From NCBI GenBank assembly GCA_964245815.1, contig CAXTNX010000007.1, positions 1,787 to 65,786 of the forward strand: a DNA stretch of 64,000 bases, in the 5' to 3' direction. The notes beneath the pieces were generated by a model. That model saw only the letters and a program-made list of their open reading frames with translations. It searched no databases and was not told where the DNA came from. The position numbers and the translations under genes were made by a program. Shown here one piece after another: positions 30,144-41,128 of this stretch; the stretch's first letter is position 1, and every line of letters begins with the position of its first letter. Origin of the DNA: an uncultured Sphingomonadaceae bacterium. GTDB lineage: Bacteria > Pseudomonadota > Alphaproteobacteria > Sphingomonadales > Sphingomonadaceae.

Positions 30144-32207
30144 CTATTGTCCCAACGCCTCGATCATGAACGCGTACGCCTCCGCGCGCTCGGTGATCGC
30201 CTCGTAGCGTCCGGACTTGCCGCCATGGCCCGCACCCATGTTGATCTTGAGCAGCAGCGGATTGGCGTCGGTCTTGGTCGCGCGCAGCCGCGCCGCCCAT
30301 TTGGCGGGTTCCCAATAGGTCACGCGCGGATCGTTGAGGCCGCCGGTGATCAGCATCGGCGGATAGGCCTGGGCGGAGACGTTCTCGTAGGGGCTGTAGC
30401 TCGCGATCAGGTCGAACGCCGCCGGATCGGCGATCGGATTGCCCCATTCGGGCCATTCGCCCGGCGTCAGCGGCAGCGAGTCGTCCTGCATCGTGTTGAG
30501 GACGTCGACGAACGGCACGTCGGCCACCACCGCGCCCCACAGCTCGGGATCGGTGTTGGCGACCACGCCCATCAGCTCGCCGCCCGCCGATCCGCCCTGG
30601 ATCGCGATCCGGCCGGGCGCCGCGAAGCCGGCCGCGATCAGACCGCGGGCGGCGTCCGAGAAATCGTGGAAGGTATTCCAGCGCTTCTCGGCCTTGCCGT
30701 CGAGATACCAGCCATAGCCCATGTCGTCGCCGCCGCGGATATGCGCGATCGCGCACGCCCAGCCGCGATCGAGCAGGCTGAGCCGATCCGACGAGAAGCC
30801 CGGCGGATAGGCGAGGCCATAGGCGCCATAGGCATAGAGATAGAGCGGCCCGCGCCCGGTCTTCGCGAAGCCCTTGCGATAGACCACCGACACCGGGATC
30901 GACACGCCGTCGCGCGCCGGCAGCATCAGCCGCTCGGTCGCGTAGCGCGAGGCGTCGTATCCCGACGGCACCGCGCGCACCTTGCGCGTCGTCAGGGTGC
31001 GCGCCTCCGGTTCGTAATCGAACACCGTGTCGGGCGTGACCATCGAGGCGTAGCCGATGCGGTAGTCGGGACTGTCGAACTCGGGATTGGTGCCGAGCCC
31101 GGCGACATAGGCGGCTTCCGGAAAGGCGACGCGATGCTCGATGCCGTCATAGCCGCGCAGCCGGATCTGGTCGAGCCCATCGACCCGCTCCTCGATCGCC
31201 AGATGCCGCGCGAACGCGGTCAGCCCACGCAGATAGACCCGGTCCGATCCCGCGACCACCGTCGTCCATTCGCCCGGCGTCGCGGGATCGGCGGACGCGA
31301 TGCGGAAATTGACGTGATCGTCGTTGGTCAGCACCCAGAGCGTGCCGTGCGCGGCGTCGACCTCGTACTGCCGGTCGACGACGCGCGGCGCGACGAGCAG
31401 CGGGGCGGCGGCGGGATCGCCGGCGGGCACCAGCCGCACCTCGCTGGTCGCGTGATCGCCGGTGCGCACCACCAGCCACTGACGGTCGTGGGTGCGGCCG
31501 AGCCCGACGTTGAAGCCCTGATCGGGCTCCTCGTAGAGCGTCGCATCGTCGGCGGGATCGCCGCCGAGCCGGTGCAGCCGCGCGCGGAACGTCCGCCAAT
31601 TGTCGTTGACCTCGGTGTACGCGATCGCGTCCGAGTCCGCCGACCACACCACCGCGCCGTTGACGACGCCGCTGACCGTCTCGATGTCCCGGCCGCTCGC
31701 CAGATCGCGGATGCGCAGCGTGAAGCGCTCGGCGCCGCTCGCGTCGCTGGTCCAGGCGAGCAGCCGCCCGTCGGGGCTGACCGACAGCGCGCCGAGCCGG
31801 AAATAATCGTGTCCCGCCGCCTCGGCGACCTCGTCGAGGATCACCACGTCGGCGCCGGTCCCATCGCCACGCCGGCGCAGCCAGCGGCGATACTGCGCCC
31901 CCGTCTCGAACGCCCACCAGTAGAGCCAGTCGCCGTCGCGGCGCGGCACGCTGGCATCGTCCTCCTGGATGCGCCCCTTCATCTCGGCGAACAGCGTGTC
32001 GACCAGCGGCCTAAGCGGCGCCATCGCGGCGTCGAAATAGGCGTTCTCCTCGCGCAGGTACGTCAGTACCTTCTCGTCGGTGACGGTGGGATAGCCCTGG
32101 TCCTTGAGCCAGTGGTAGGGGTCCTCGACCGTCCGCCCGTGACGCCCGGCGCTGTGGGGAATGCGGTCGGCGACCGGGGGGGTGGGCAGCGTGGCGGGAT
32201 CGATCAT
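30144..32207 (-). CDS. ptrB: Oligopeptidase B (S9A prolyl oligopeptidase family)
   Basis: DPYHWL, HIRGGDDMG..WY, GGSAGG catalytic Ser, NDPRVTYWEPAKW, GHGGKSGR. Confidence 0.93.
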   Translation of the reverse strand: MIDPATLPTPPVADRIPHSAGRHGRTVEDPYHWLKDQGYPTVTDEKVLTYLREENAYFDAAMAPLRPLVDTLFAEMKGRIQEDDASVPRRDGDWLYWWAFETGAQYRRWLRRRGDGTGADVVILDEVAEAAGHDYFRLGALSVSPDGRLLAWTSDASGAERFTLRIRDLASGRDIETVSGVVNGAVVWSADSDAIAYTEVNDNWRTFRARLHRLGGDPADDATLYEEPDQGFNVGLGRTHDRQWLVVRTGDHATSEVRLVPAGDPAAAPLLVAPRVVDRQYEVDAAHGTLWVLTNDDHVNFRIASADPATPGEWTTVVAGSDRVYLRGLTAFARHLAIEERVDGLDQIRLRGYDGIEHRVAFPEAAYVAGLGTNPEFDSPDYRIGYASMVTPDTVFDYEPEARTLTTRKVRAVPSGYDASRYATERLMLPARDGVSIPVSVVYRKGFAKTGRGPLYLYAYGAYGLAYPPGFSSDRLSLLDRGWACAIAHIRGGDDMGYGWYLDGKAEKRWNTFHDFSDAARGLIAAGFAAPGRIAIQGGSAGGELMGVVANTDPELWGAVVADVPFVDVLNTMQDDSLPLTPGEWPEWGNPIADPAAFDLIASYSPYENVSAQAYPPMLITGGLNDPRVTYWEPAKWAARLRATKTDANPLLLKINMGAGHGGKSGRYEAITERAEAYAFMIEALGQ

Positions 32208-32227
32208 GGCGGAGCCTTAGCCTCCCC

Positions 32228-32253
32228 GTGATCCCCGTGAAAGCCGGGATCCC
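32228..32253 (+). repeat. Degenerate REP-like palindrome
   Basis: GTGATCCCCGTGAAAGCCGGGATCC, 20/25 identical to the 11273-11297 element. Confidence 0.5.
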
Positions 32254-32354
32254 GCTACCTCGCCACGGAAGGACAGGCCGGAACCCCACGTTCAAGGAGA
32301 TGACGAAGAGAGTTGCTTGCCGCCCCGGCCCGCCTCGCCCTATCGCGCGCCGCG

Positions 32355-33725
32355 ATGTTCCGCCGCTTCGCTCTTCCTATCGCGATCCTCGCGCTCGCGG
32401 CGCTTCAGCTCGTCGCGTTCCGGCCGGGGATCATGGTGTGGGACGCGATCCGCCAGTACCGCCAGGCGCTGAGCGGCCACTACGACGACTGGCACCCGCC
32501 GGCGATGAACTGGCTGTGGCGGCAGCTCGGGATATTCGGGAGCGGGCCGGCGCCGATGCTGGTGCTTCAGGTCGCGCTCTACTGGCTGGGCTTCGGGCTG
32601 CTCGCCCGGGCCGTGACGCGGCGGCGCGGCGCGCGCGCGGGTACGGCGACGCTCGCCTGCGCGCTGCTGCCGGTGCCGTTCTGGCTGGTCGGGACCGTGC
32701 TCAAGGACAGCCTGATGGCGGGCGCGCTGCTCGTCGCCGCGGGCCTGCTCGCGGGGCGCCGGCCCGGCGACCGGTGGAAAGCGGTCGTCGCGACGCTCCT
32801 GCTGCTCGCCGCGGCGACGCTGCGCTTCAACGCGGCGGCGGCCTGCCTGCCGCTGCTCGTCGCAGCACTTCCCCCGCGCTGGACGGCGACGCGCGTCCGC
32901 CTGGCATCGACCGCGATCGCGGCGCTCGTGCCGCTGGTCGTCGCGATGCCGCTCGCCGATCGCCTGCTCGATGCCGACAGGAGCGGGGTCGCGCTCTCGC
33001 TGGTGATCTACGATCTCGGCGGCATCGCGCATTTCTCCGGCGCGGACGTCCTGCCGCCGGTCCCGGTCGCCGCCCCCACCCGGATCGTCGGCGACTGCTG
33101 GTCGCCGGTCTCCTGGGACCGCTATGCATGGTGGACCGCCGACCCGTGCCCGGTCGGGTTCGCGCTGCTCCGCCCCGCCTTCCTCGCGAGCGGCCGGAGC
33201 CCGTATCGCTGGTGGGCGGCGGCGGTGCTCCGCTACCCGCTCGCCTATGCCGAGCACCGCCTCGCGCATGCGAACCGCAACCTGCGCCTCTGGGTGCGTG
33301 ACGACGACCTACCGGGCCTGTCGCTCGCCTCGGACCCGAACCCGTGGGGCTATCGCGTCCCGCCGAGCCGGCTGCGCGACATCCTCGCGGGCCTCGCCAC
33401 CGCGAGCACCGCCACCCCGCTTGGCTGGCCGGCCTGCTGGCTGGCGCTGGGGCTCGGCCTGCTCGTCGCGGCGCCGGCGCGGCGCGGCGACGACATCGCG
33501 CTGCCGCTGCTCTGGTCGGCGGCGCTCTACGCGCTGAGCTATGTCCCGCTCAGCGTCGCCTCGGAAGTGCGCTATCACGTCTGGACGATGTCCGCGGTCG
33601 CGCTCGGCGCGGTCATGATGGTCGCGCGACCGCGGCCGGCCGAGGGGATACCGCGCTGGCGGCTTGCGATCGGCGCTGCGATCCCGCTGCTCGCGACCGT
33701 CGTCGCGATCGCCGCGCGGCTCTAG
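32355..33725 (+). CDS. Polytopic membrane protein, putative GT-C-fold glycosyltransferase (DUF6020-like)
   Basis: PGIMVWDAIRQYRQALSGHYDDWHPP first-loop acidic motif; about 10-11 hydrophobic segments. Confidence 0.6.
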   Translation: MFRRFALPIAILALAALQLVAFRPGIMVWDAIRQYRQALSGHYDDWHPPAMNWLWRQLGIFGSGPAPMLVLQVALYWLGFGLLARAVTRRRGARAGTATLACALLPVPFWLVGTVLKDSLMAGALLVAAGLLAGRRPGDRWKAVVATLLLLAAATLRFNAAAACLPLLVAALPPRWTATRVRLASTAIAALVPLVVAMPLADRLLDADRSGVALSLVIYDLGGIAHFSGADVLPPVPVAAPTRIVGDCWSPVSWDRYAWWTADPCPVGFALLRPAFLASGRSPYRWWAAAVLRYPLAYAEHRLAHANRNLRLWVRDDDLPGLSLASDPNPWGYRVPPSRLRDILAGLATASTATPLGWPACWLALGLGLLVAAPARRGDDIALPLLWSAALYALSYVPLSVASEVRYHVWTMSAVALGAVMMVARPRPAEGIPRWRLAIGAAIPLLATVVAIAARL

Positions 33726-33768
33726 CGCACGGCTTGGCCGCTCCCGCGGAACCGGATAGGGAAGCGCG

Positions 33769-35562
33769 ATGTCGACCCATGCCGATCGCCTCGCCGCGCT
33801 TCGCGACGAACTCGCCCGCCGCAGCCTCGACGGCTTCGTCGTCCCGCTCACCGACGAGCATATGAGCGAATATGTCGGCGCCTATGCGCAGCGCCTCGCC
33901 TGGCTGACCGGGTTCGAGGGCTCGGCGGGATGCGCCGTCGTGCTGCCCGAGCAAGCCGCGATCTTCGTCGACGGGCGCTACACGCTGCAAGTCCGCGAGC
34001 AGGTCTCCGCGGCCGAATGGAGCTACCAGTCGCTGCCGGACACATCGGTCGCGTCCTGGCTCAAGGACAATGCCCGGCCCGGCGCACGGATCGGCTACGA
34101 CGCCTGGCTCCACACCCGCGGGTGGGTCGAGGCGGCCGGCAAGGCGCTCGCCGGCAAGGGCGCGACGCTGGTCGCGGTCGACGTCAATCCGGTCGATGCG
34201 GTGTGGTCCGACCGGCCGGATCCCTCCGATGCGCGGCTCGTCATCCAGCGCGATGCGCTCGCCGGGCGTTCCGCCGCCGCCAAGCGTCAGGACATCGCGG
34301 ACTGGCTGACCGGTCAGGGTGCCGACGCGGTGGTGCTGTCCGCGCTCGATTCGATCGCCTGGGCGTTCAACGTCCGCGGCAAGGATGTCGCGCGGACCCC
34401 GGTGGCGCTCGCCTATGCACTGGTCCATGCCGATGCCACCGCGGAGCTGTTCGTCGATCCGGGCAAGATCGACGAGACGGTGGCGCAACATCTCGGCAAT
34501 GCGGTGACGGTGCGCCCCCGCGCCGCCTTCGCGCCCGCGCTCGATGCGCTCGCCGGCAGGAGCGTCGCCGCCGATCCCGATCGCGCGGTCGCCGCGATCT
34601 TCGCGCGTCTCGAGGCGACGGGCGCCAAGATCGAGGCGACGCGCGACCCGACCGTGCTGCCGCGCGCGATCAAGAACGCGGCCGAGATCGCGGGCAGCCG
34701 ATCGGCGCATCTGCGCGACGGCGCCGCGATCACACGCTTCCTGCACTGGGTCGCGACGGTCGCCGCCAGGGGCGGAGAGGACGAGCTCACCGCCCAGGCC
34801 AGGCTGCTCGCCTTCCGCGAGGAGACCGGCGCGCTGCGCGACCTGTCGTTCGACACGATCTCGGGCGCCGGCCCCAACGGCGCGGTGGTGCATTACCGCG
34901 TCTCGGAGAGGACCGTGCTGCCGATCGCGGCGGACATGCTCTACCTCGTCGATTCCGGCGGCCAGTACGAGGACGGCACGACCGACATCACCCGCACGCT
35001 GGCGATCGGACGGCCGACCGCGGAGATGCGCGATCGCTTCACCCGCGTGCTCAAGGGCCATGTCGCGCTCGCCACCGCGGTGTTCCCGGCGGGCACGCGC
35101 GGCAGCCAGCTCGATACGCTGGCCCGGCAATATCTGTGGGCGGCCGGGCTCGATTACGCGCACGGCACCGGCCACGGCGTCGGATCGTATCTGTCGGTGC
35201 ACGAGGGGCCGCAACGCATCGCCTCGCCGTCTGGCGGGCAATCGGGCGGCGACGAGCCGCTGCGCGCGGGCATGATCCTGTCCAACGAGCCGGGCTATTA
35301 CAAGACCGGCGCCTACGGCATCCGCATCGAGAACCTCGTGCTGGTGACGCCGCGCGAGGTGGCCGGCGCGGAGAAGCCGCTGCTCGGCTTCGACACCCTG
35401 ACTCTGGCGCCGATCGACCGCGCGCTGATCGATCTCGATCTGCTCTCGCCGGCGGAGCGCGCCTGGATCGACGCCTATCATGCGCGCGTCCTCGCCGCGA
35501 TCGGCCCGCTGGTGCCCGCCGACGTGCGCGAGTGGCTCGCGGAGCAGTGCACGGCGCTGTGA
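33769..35562 (+). CDS. pepP: Xaa-Pro aminopeptidase (M24B)
   Basis: DEHMSEY, DSGGQYEDGTTDITRT, HGTGHGVG..LSVHEGP, SNEPGYY, GIRIEN. Confidence 0.93.
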   Translation: MSTHADRLAALRDELARRSLDGFVVPLTDEHMSEYVGAYAQRLAWLTGFEGSAGCAVVLPEQAAIFVDGRYTLQVREQVSAAEWSYQSLPDTSVASWLKDNARPGARIGYDAWLHTRGWVEAAGKALAGKGATLVAVDVNPVDAVWSDRPDPSDARLVIQRDALAGRSAAAKRQDIADWLTGQGADAVVLSALDSIAWAFNVRGKDVARTPVALAYALVHADATAELFVDPGKIDETVAQHLGNAVTVRPRAAFAPALDALAGRSVAADPDRAVAAIFARLEATGAKIEATRDPTVLPRAIKNAAEIAGSRSAHLRDGAAITRFLHWVATVAARGGEDELTAQARLLAFREETGALRDLSFDTISGAGPNGAVVHYRVSERTVLPIAADMLYLVDSGGQYEDGTTDITRTLAIGRPTAEMRDRFTRVLKGHVALATAVFPAGTRGSQLDTLARQYLWAAGLDYAHGTGHGVGSYLSVHEGPQRIASPSGGQSGGDEPLRAGMILSNEPGYYKTGAYGIRIENLVLVTPREVAGAEKPLLGFDTLTLAPIDRALIDLDLLSPAERAWIDAYHARVLAAIGPLVPADVREWLAEQCTAL

Positions 35563-35622
35563 CCCCTCGTCGTCATCGCGGCGTCCGCCGGGACATCGGC
35601 ATCCTGTCCCCGTCCCGCGCCG

Positions 35623-36837
35623 TCAGGCGACCACGCCGGTCGCCCGCAGCGTCTCGATCTGCGCGGCGGCGAGGCCGAGGATATCGCGCAGGATCTCGTC
35701 GGTATGCTGGCCGAGCACCGGCGGCGCGGTCGGCACGGGCTGGCCGTCGCCCGGAAACTTGATCGGCCGACCGACGATCGGGATCGTCCCCAGCGTCGCA
35801 TGCTCGGTCTCGACGACCATCGCGCGCGCCACCGCCTGCGGCTGTGCCAGCGCATCGCCGATCCCGAGGATCGGCGCATGCGGAACATGGTGGAGCACCA
35901 GCAGCTCGACGAGCGCCTCGGTCGTCCGGCGGCTGGTAAACGCGCCGATGCGTTGGTTGACCAGCACGCGATGGTCGCGCCGCGCCTCGATCGTCGCGAA
36001 GCGCGGATCGTCGATCCAGTCGCTCATCTCGAGCGCCCGGCAGATGCGCGCCCAGAAGACGTTGGTCAGGCAGCCGATGACGATCGAGCCGTCGCTCGAC
36101 GGGAAGATGCCGTAGGGCACCAGATTGGCGTGCTGGGCGCCCTGCGGTCGCGGATCCTCGCCGGTGAAGAAGCGCAGTTGCGCGAGGTAGCCGAGCATGC
36201 CGATCAGCCCGTCCATCAGGCCGACGTCGATCAGCCGGCCGCGCCCCGTCACGCTGCGCTCGTACAGTGCCGCCAGGATACCGATCGGCCCGTTGATCCC
36301 GCCGACCAGATCGCCGAGCGGGATGCCGAGCCTGGTCGGCGGCAGGCCCAGCTCGCCATTGACGCTGAGCGCGCCCGACATCGCCTGCAGCACGATGTCG
36401 AACGACGGCCGGTCGCGCAGCGGGCCGGTCTGGCCATAGCCCGAGATCGCGCAATAGATCAGTCGCGGGTTGATCGCCGACAGGATCTCGTAGCCGAGCC
36501 CGAGCCGGTCCATCACGCCGGGTCGGTAGTTCTCCACGACGATGTCGCATTTGGCGGCGAGATCGCGGACCAGCGCGACACCCGCCTCGCTCTTGAGATC
36601 GACGACGATGCTTTTCTTGCCGCGGTTGACGCTGAGGAAATAATGGCTTTCGCCGTCGCGGATCGGCGGGAAGGCGCGGGTCTCGTCGCCCACGCCCGGC
36701 GGCTCGACCTTGATGATCTCGGCGCCGAGATCGGCGAGCGCGAGCGAGGCGGCGGGTCCGGCGAGCACGCGCGTGAAATCGAGTACGCGGATGCCGGCGA
36801 GCGGGCCGGGCCAGGTCGGGGCGGGTTCGTCTGTCAC
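35623..36837 (-). CDS. CaiB/BaiF family III CoA-transferase
   Basis: PLAGIRVLDF..VLAGP, LADLGAEIIKVE, NRGKKS, VENYRPG, ISGYGQTGP. Confidence 0.93.
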   Translation of the reverse strand: MTDEPAPTWPGPLAGIRVLDFTRVLAGPAASLALADLGAEIIKVEPPGVGDETRAFPPIRDGESHYFLSVNRGKKSIVVDLKSEAGVALVRDLAAKCDIVVENYRPGVMDRLGLGYEILSAINPRLIYCAISGYGQTGPLRDRPSFDIVLQAMSGALSVNGELGLPPTRLGIPLGDLVGGINGPIGILAALYERSVTGRGRLIDVGLMDGLIGMLGYLAQLRFFTGEDPRPQGAQHANLVPYGIFPSSDGSIVIGCLTNVFWARICRALEMSDWIDDPRFATIEARRDHRVLVNQRIGAFTSRRTTEALVELLVLHHVPHAPILGIGDALAQPQAVARAMVVETEHATLGTIPIVGRPIKFPGDGQPVPTAPPVLGQHTDEILRDILGLAAAQIETLRATGVVA

Positions 36838-36900
36838 CGGGCGCGCTTATACAGCGCCTGCGACGTCACCCCAGCGGAACCTTCGCCCAGATGACCGCCC

Positions 36901-37521
36901 CTATTCCATCGCCGCCGCGACGATCCCCACCGCCGCCGCGATCGCCGCGTCGACGTCGAGAGCGCTGGTATCCAGCAGCACCGCATCGTCGGCCTGGCGG
37001 AGCGGCGCCGCCGCGCGCGCGCTGTCGCGCTCGTCGCGCGCACGGATGTCGCCCAGGACATGATCGAGCGTCACCCGGAGGCCGAGCCGGACCAGCTCGT
37101 CGTGGCGTCGCCGTGCCCGCACCTCGGGCGCGGCGGTGACGAAGAGCTTGGGCGAGGCGTCGGGCGCGATCACCGTGCCGATGTCGCGCCCGTCGAGCAC
37201 CGCGCCGCCCGGCCGACGCGCGAACGCGCGCTGCCGTTGGAGCAGCGCCGCACGCACCGCGGGATGCGCCGAGACGATCGACGCCGCCTTGCCCGCCGCC
37301 TCGCTCTTGAGATTGGCGTCGCCGAGCAGATGCGCGTCGAAGCCGCAGGCGCGAACGGCGTCGTCCTCGTCCGCGGGATCGCCGCCGGTGCGCAGCACGG
37401 TGAGGCCGACCGCGCGGTACAGCAGCCCGGTATCGAGATGCGCGAGGCCGTAACGCGCCGCCAGCGCCCTGGCGATCGTGCCCTTGCCCGACGCCGCGGG
37501 TCCGTCGACCGCGACGATCAT
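36901..37521 (-). CDS. cmk: Cytidylate kinase
   Basis: [38 protein letters not shown]. Confidence 0.97.
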   Translation of the reverse strand: MIVAVDGPAASGKGTIARALAARYGLAHLDTGLLYRAVGLTVLRTGGDPADEDDAVRACGFDAHLLGDANLKSEAAGKAASIVSAHPAVRAALLQRQRAFARRPGGAVLDGRDIGTVIAPDASPKLFVTAAPEVRARRRHDELVRLGLRVTLDHVLGDIRARDERDSARAAAPLRQADDAVLLDTSALDVDAAIAAAVGIVAAAME

Positions 37522-38873
37522 GCCGCCACGGGATCGGACAACTCGATCGCGCCGAGCGTCGTCATCAATCCCGGAAACGTCGGGAAGCTCGTCGCGATCG
37601 GCGCGCGGTCGTCGACTGTGACCGGCGCGCGCGCCGCGAGCGAGGCGACCGCGAAACTCATCGCGACGCGGTGATCGAGATGCGTCGCCACCGTCGTGCC
37701 GCCGGCCAGCGGCGCGCCGCCGGTGCCGTCGATCACCAGCCCGTCGGCGCGCTCCTCGACACGCGCGCCGATCGCGCGCAGGCCGGTCGCCATCACCGCG
37801 ATCCGATCGCTCTCCTTGACGCGCAGCTCGTCCAGCCCGCGCATCGTCGAGCGGCCCTGCGCGAGCGCGGCGGCGACGAACAGGATCGGGAACTCGTCGA
37901 CCATGCTCGGCACGCGCTCGGGCGGCACCTCGATGCCGGTCAATACGGATGCGCGCACCCGCAGATCCGCGACCGGTTCGCCGCCGACGATGCGTTCGTC
38001 CTGGAACGCGATGTCGGCGCCCATCGCGCGCAGCATCGCATAGAGCCCGGCGCGGGTCGGGTTGAGGCCGACATTCTCGATGACGATGTCCGAGCCCGGC
38101 ACGATCGACGCCGCCACCGCCGGGAAGGCCGCGGACGAGGGATCGCCGGGCACGACGATCCGCCGCGGACCGAGCTCGGCCTCCCCGCGCAGCGCGATGA
38201 CGCGCGTGCCGTCCGCCTCGACCGCCACGTCGATCGCGGCGCCGAAGCCGGCGAGCATCCGCTCCGAATGATCGCGCGTCGGCACCGGCTCGATCACGCG
38301 GGTGATGCCGGGCGTGTTGAGCCCGGCGAGCAGTACCGCCGACTTGACCTGCGCGGATGCGACGGGGAGCCGATAGTCGATCGGCACCGCCGGCACGATG
38401 CCGCGCACCATCAGCGGCAGCCGTCCGCCCGGCGAGGCGGTGATGTCCGCGCCCATCCGTGCCAGCGGTTCGATCACCCGCGCCATCGGGCGGCGCGACA
38501 GCGACGCGTCGCCGGTGAAGGTCGCGGTCAGCGCGTGGCTCGCCACCAGCCCCATCAACAGCCGTGTCGAGGTGCCCGAATTGCCCATCGCCAGCGCGAT
38601 CGCCGGCTGGAGCAGCCCCCCCACGCCGACACCGTGGACGTGCCACACGCCGTCGCCCGCGCGATCCAGCGACGCGCCCATCGCGCGCATCGCCGCCGCG
38701 GTCGCGGCGACGTCCTCGCCCTCGAGCAGCCCCTCGATCCGGCTTTCGCCGACCGCCAGCGCGGCGAGCATCAGCGCGCGATGCGAGATCGACTTGTCGC
38801 CGGGAACGCGGACGCGGCCGCGCAGCGGGCCATCGCTCACCAGGCGCAGCGATCGGGGAGCGGCGGTGTCCAT
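37518..38873 (-). CDS. aroA: 3-phosphoshikimate 1-carboxyvinyltransferase
   Basis: [42 protein letters not shown]. Confidence 0.98.
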   Translation of the reverse strand: MDTAAPRSLRLVSDGPLRGRVRVPGDKSISHRALMLAALAVGESRIEGLLEGEDVAATAAAMRAMGASLDRAGDGVWHVHGVGVGGLLQPAIALAMGNSGTSTRLLMGLVASHALTATFTGDASLSRRPMARVIEPLARMGADITASPGGRLPLMVRGIVPAVPIDYRLPVASAQVKSAVLLAGLNTPGITRVIEPVPTRDHSERMLAGFGAAIDVAVEADGTRVIALRGEAELGPRRIVVPGDPSSAAFPAVAASIVPGSDIVIENVGLNPTRAGLYAMLRAMGADIAFQDERIVGGEPVADLRVRASVLTGIEVPPERVPSMVDEFPILFVAAALAQGRSTMRGLDELRVKESDRIAVMATGLRAIGARVEERADGLVIDGTGGAPLAGGTTVATHLDHRVAMSFAVASLAARAPVTVDDRAPIATSFPTFPGLMTTLGAIELSDPVAA

Positions 38874-38985
38874 AGGCGCGCGCTTTTGACAGTGCCCCAG
38901 GGCTGTGGCAAGGCACCCGCCGCATCGTGCCCCCGGTCGACCAGGCCGGCGGCACCCTTCCGAAACCGATGGGAAACGACACTTC

Positions 38986-39303
38986 ATGGTGAAGCCTGAA
39001 TGGGGCACCAAGCGGACCTGCCCGAAATGCGCGACCCGCTTCTACGATCTCGGCAAGGACAGCCCGGTCGCCTGCATCAATTGCGGCGTGATCTGGGAGC
39101 CCGAGCCCGTCCTCAAGTCCAAGCAGCCGCTGCCCTTCGATGCGCCCAAGCCGGAAAAGGTCAAGGACGTCGAGCCGGATGCCGATCTGAGCGAGGATCT
39201 CGACATCGCGGAGGACGAGGAGGAGCGCGTGGACGACGACAACGATCTCGGCGGCGACGACGATCTCGGCGTCGCCAAGCGCGACGAGGACGAGGAAGTC
39301 TAG
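38986..39303 (+). CDS. TIGR02300 / FYDLN acid-domain protein
   Basis: [29 protein letters not shown] followed by an acidic tail. Confidence 0.92.
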   Translation: MVKPEWGTKRTCPKCATRFYDLGKDSPVACINCGVIWEPEPVLKSKQPLPFDAPKPEKVKDVEPDADLSEDLDIAEDEEERVDDDNDLGGDDDLGVAKRDEDEEV

Positions 39304-39418
39304 GGTCGATCCGGTATCGGCGATCCGGTTCGGCGACCGATCAGCCGCTTGCAAGCCCGCGCGGCCTGGCATAAGGGCGGCGGGCCGAGCCGGAACCCAG
39401 CCGGCCGGACGAGACTGT

Positions 39419-39494
39419 GGGGCCGTAGCTCAGCTGGGAGAGCGTCGCGATGGCATTGCGAAGGTCTGGGGTTCGATCCCCCACGGCTCCACCA
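39419..39494 (+). tRNA. tRNA-Ala(GGC)
   Basis: 76 nt; acceptor stem GGGGCCG/CGGCTCC, anticodon GGC at 39452-39454, GGTTCGATCC T-loop, encoded CCA. Confidence 0.97.
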
Positions 39495-39525
39495 CTCTCT
39501 CCCGCATCCTGACGCGATCCGCCTT

Positions 39526-41127
39526 GTGGGACCTTCGCGCGAGGCACCGCCTTGGTGGGAACGCGGGACGATCTACCAGGTCTATCCGCGCTCGTTCCAG
39601 GACAGCGATGGCGATGGCATCGGCGATCTCGCCGGCATCGTGGCGCGGCTGCCCTATCTCGCCGGTCTCGGCATCGACGCGATCTGGCTGTCGCCGATCT
39701 TCCCCTCGCCGATGGCGGATTTCGGCTACGATGTCGCCGACTATCGGGCGATCGAGCCGATGTTCGGCGATCTCGCTACGTTCGACCGGCTGCTCGCCGC
39801 GGTCCACGCGCACGGGCTGAAGCTGCTGCTCGATTTCGTTCCCAACCACAGCTCGGACCGGCACCCCTGGTTCGTCGAGAGCCGCGCGTCGCGCGACAAC
39901 CCGAAGCGCGACTGGTATATCTGGCGCGATCCCGCGCCCGATGGCGGACCCCCGAACAACTGGATCAGCGACTTCGGCGGCTCATCCTGGGAATGGGACG
40001 CGCACACGGCGCAATATTATCTCCACGCCTTCCTCAAGGAACAGCCCGACCTCAACTGGCGCAATCCCGATCTGCGCGCGGCGATGATGGACGTGCTGCG
40101 CTTCTGGTTCGATCGCGGCGTCGACGGCTTCCGGATCGACGTGCTGTGGCACATCGTCAAGGCGGACGGGCTGCCCGACAATCCGGCGAATCCCGCCTGG
40201 CGCCCGGGACGCACCGAACGCGACCGGCTGATCCAGCGCTATTCGACCGATCAGCCCGAGGCCCATGACGTCGCCGCCGCGTTCCGCGCGCTGGCCGACG
40301 ATTACGGCGAGCGCGTGCTGATCGGTGAGATCTTCCTGCCCAACGAGGCGCATGCGCGCTGGTACGGCACCGCCGATCGCCCCGAAGTGCATCTGCCGTT
40401 CAACTTCCAGCTCATCGAGAACCCGTGGGACGCGGCGGTGCTGAGGCGCGTGATCGCGGCGTATGAATCCTCGCTCCCCGCGTTCGGCTGGCCCAACTGG
40501 GTGGTCGGCAGCCACGACGCGCCGCGGATCGCCGCGCGGATCGGCGAGGCCCAGGCGCGGGTGGCGGCGATGCTGTTGCTCACCCTGCGCGGCACGCCGA
40601 CGCTCTATCAGGGCGACGAGATCGGCATCGGCGAGGTCGCCATCCCGTGCGATCGGGTGCGCGATCCGCAGGACCTCCGCCAGCCCGGCATCGGCATCGG
40701 ACGCGACCGCTCGCGCACGCCGATGCCGTGGGATGCCTCGCCCTTCGCCGGGTTCAGCACCAGCGAGCCCTGGCTGCCACTCAACGGCGATTGGCCGGAG
40801 CGCAATGTCGCCACGCAGGACCGCGATCCGGGATCCATGCTGAGCCTCTATCGTGCGCTGCTCGCGTTGCGCCGCGCGCATCCCGCGCTCGTGCTGGGCG
40901 GCTTCGCGCTCGTCGACGGCGATCGGGACGTGCTCGCCTATGAGCGCCGCGATGACGCCGAGCGCCTGCTGATCGTGCTCAATCTCGGCGGCGAGACGCG
41001 CACGCTCGTGCCCCCGGCCGGCACGATCGCGACCGCGACGCTCGGGTCGACCCATCCGATCCGCCCGCTCGACGACAGGCTCGCGCCGGACGAAGGCCTG
41101 ATCCTCCGCCTCGCGGATGCGCGCTGA
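39526..41127 (+). CDS. GH13 alpha-glucosidase/alpha-amylase family glycoside hydrolase
   Basis: YQVYPRSFQDS.GDGIGDL, DFVPNHSS, GFRIDV (nucleophile), IGEI (acid/base), SHD; GTG start inferred because the longer ORF overlaps the tRNA. Confidence 0.92.
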   Translation: MGPSREAPPWWERGTIYQVYPRSFQDSDGDGIGDLAGIVARLPYLAGLGIDAIWLSPIFPSPMADFGYDVADYRAIEPMFGDLATFDRLLAAVHAHGLKLLLDFVPNHSSDRHPWFVESRASRDNPKRDWYIWRDPAPDGGPPNNWISDFGGSSWEWDAHTAQYYLHAFLKEQPDLNWRNPDLRAAMMDVLRFWFDRGVDGFRIDVLWHIVKADGLPDNPANPAWRPGRTERDRLIQRYSTDQPEAHDVAAAFRALADDYGERVLIGEIFLPNEAHARWYGTADRPEVHLPFNFQLIENPWDAAVLRRVIAAYESSLPAFGWPNWVVGSHDAPRIAARIGEAQARVAAMLLLTLRGTPTLYQGDEIGIGEVAIPCDRVRDPQDLRQPGIGIGRDRSRTPMPWDASPFAGFSTSEPWLPLNGDWPERNVATQDRDPGSMLSLYRALLALRRAHPALVLGGFALVDGDRDVLAYERRDDAERLLIVLNLGGETRTLVPPAGTIATATLGSTHPIRPLDDRLAPDEGLILRLADAR

Positions 41128-41128
41128 G

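Noticed and set aside
24216-35562. glnE, DUF969 operon and peptidases as one nitrogen-scavenging supercluster linked to the ligase system
   Set aside because: Mixed orientations, housekeeping context and more than 20 kb distance; no shared motif seen, so co-location may be chance.
39349-39525. N-terminal extension of the GH13 ORF
   Set aside because: It overlaps the tRNA gene; GH13 homology begins at WWERGTIYQ.
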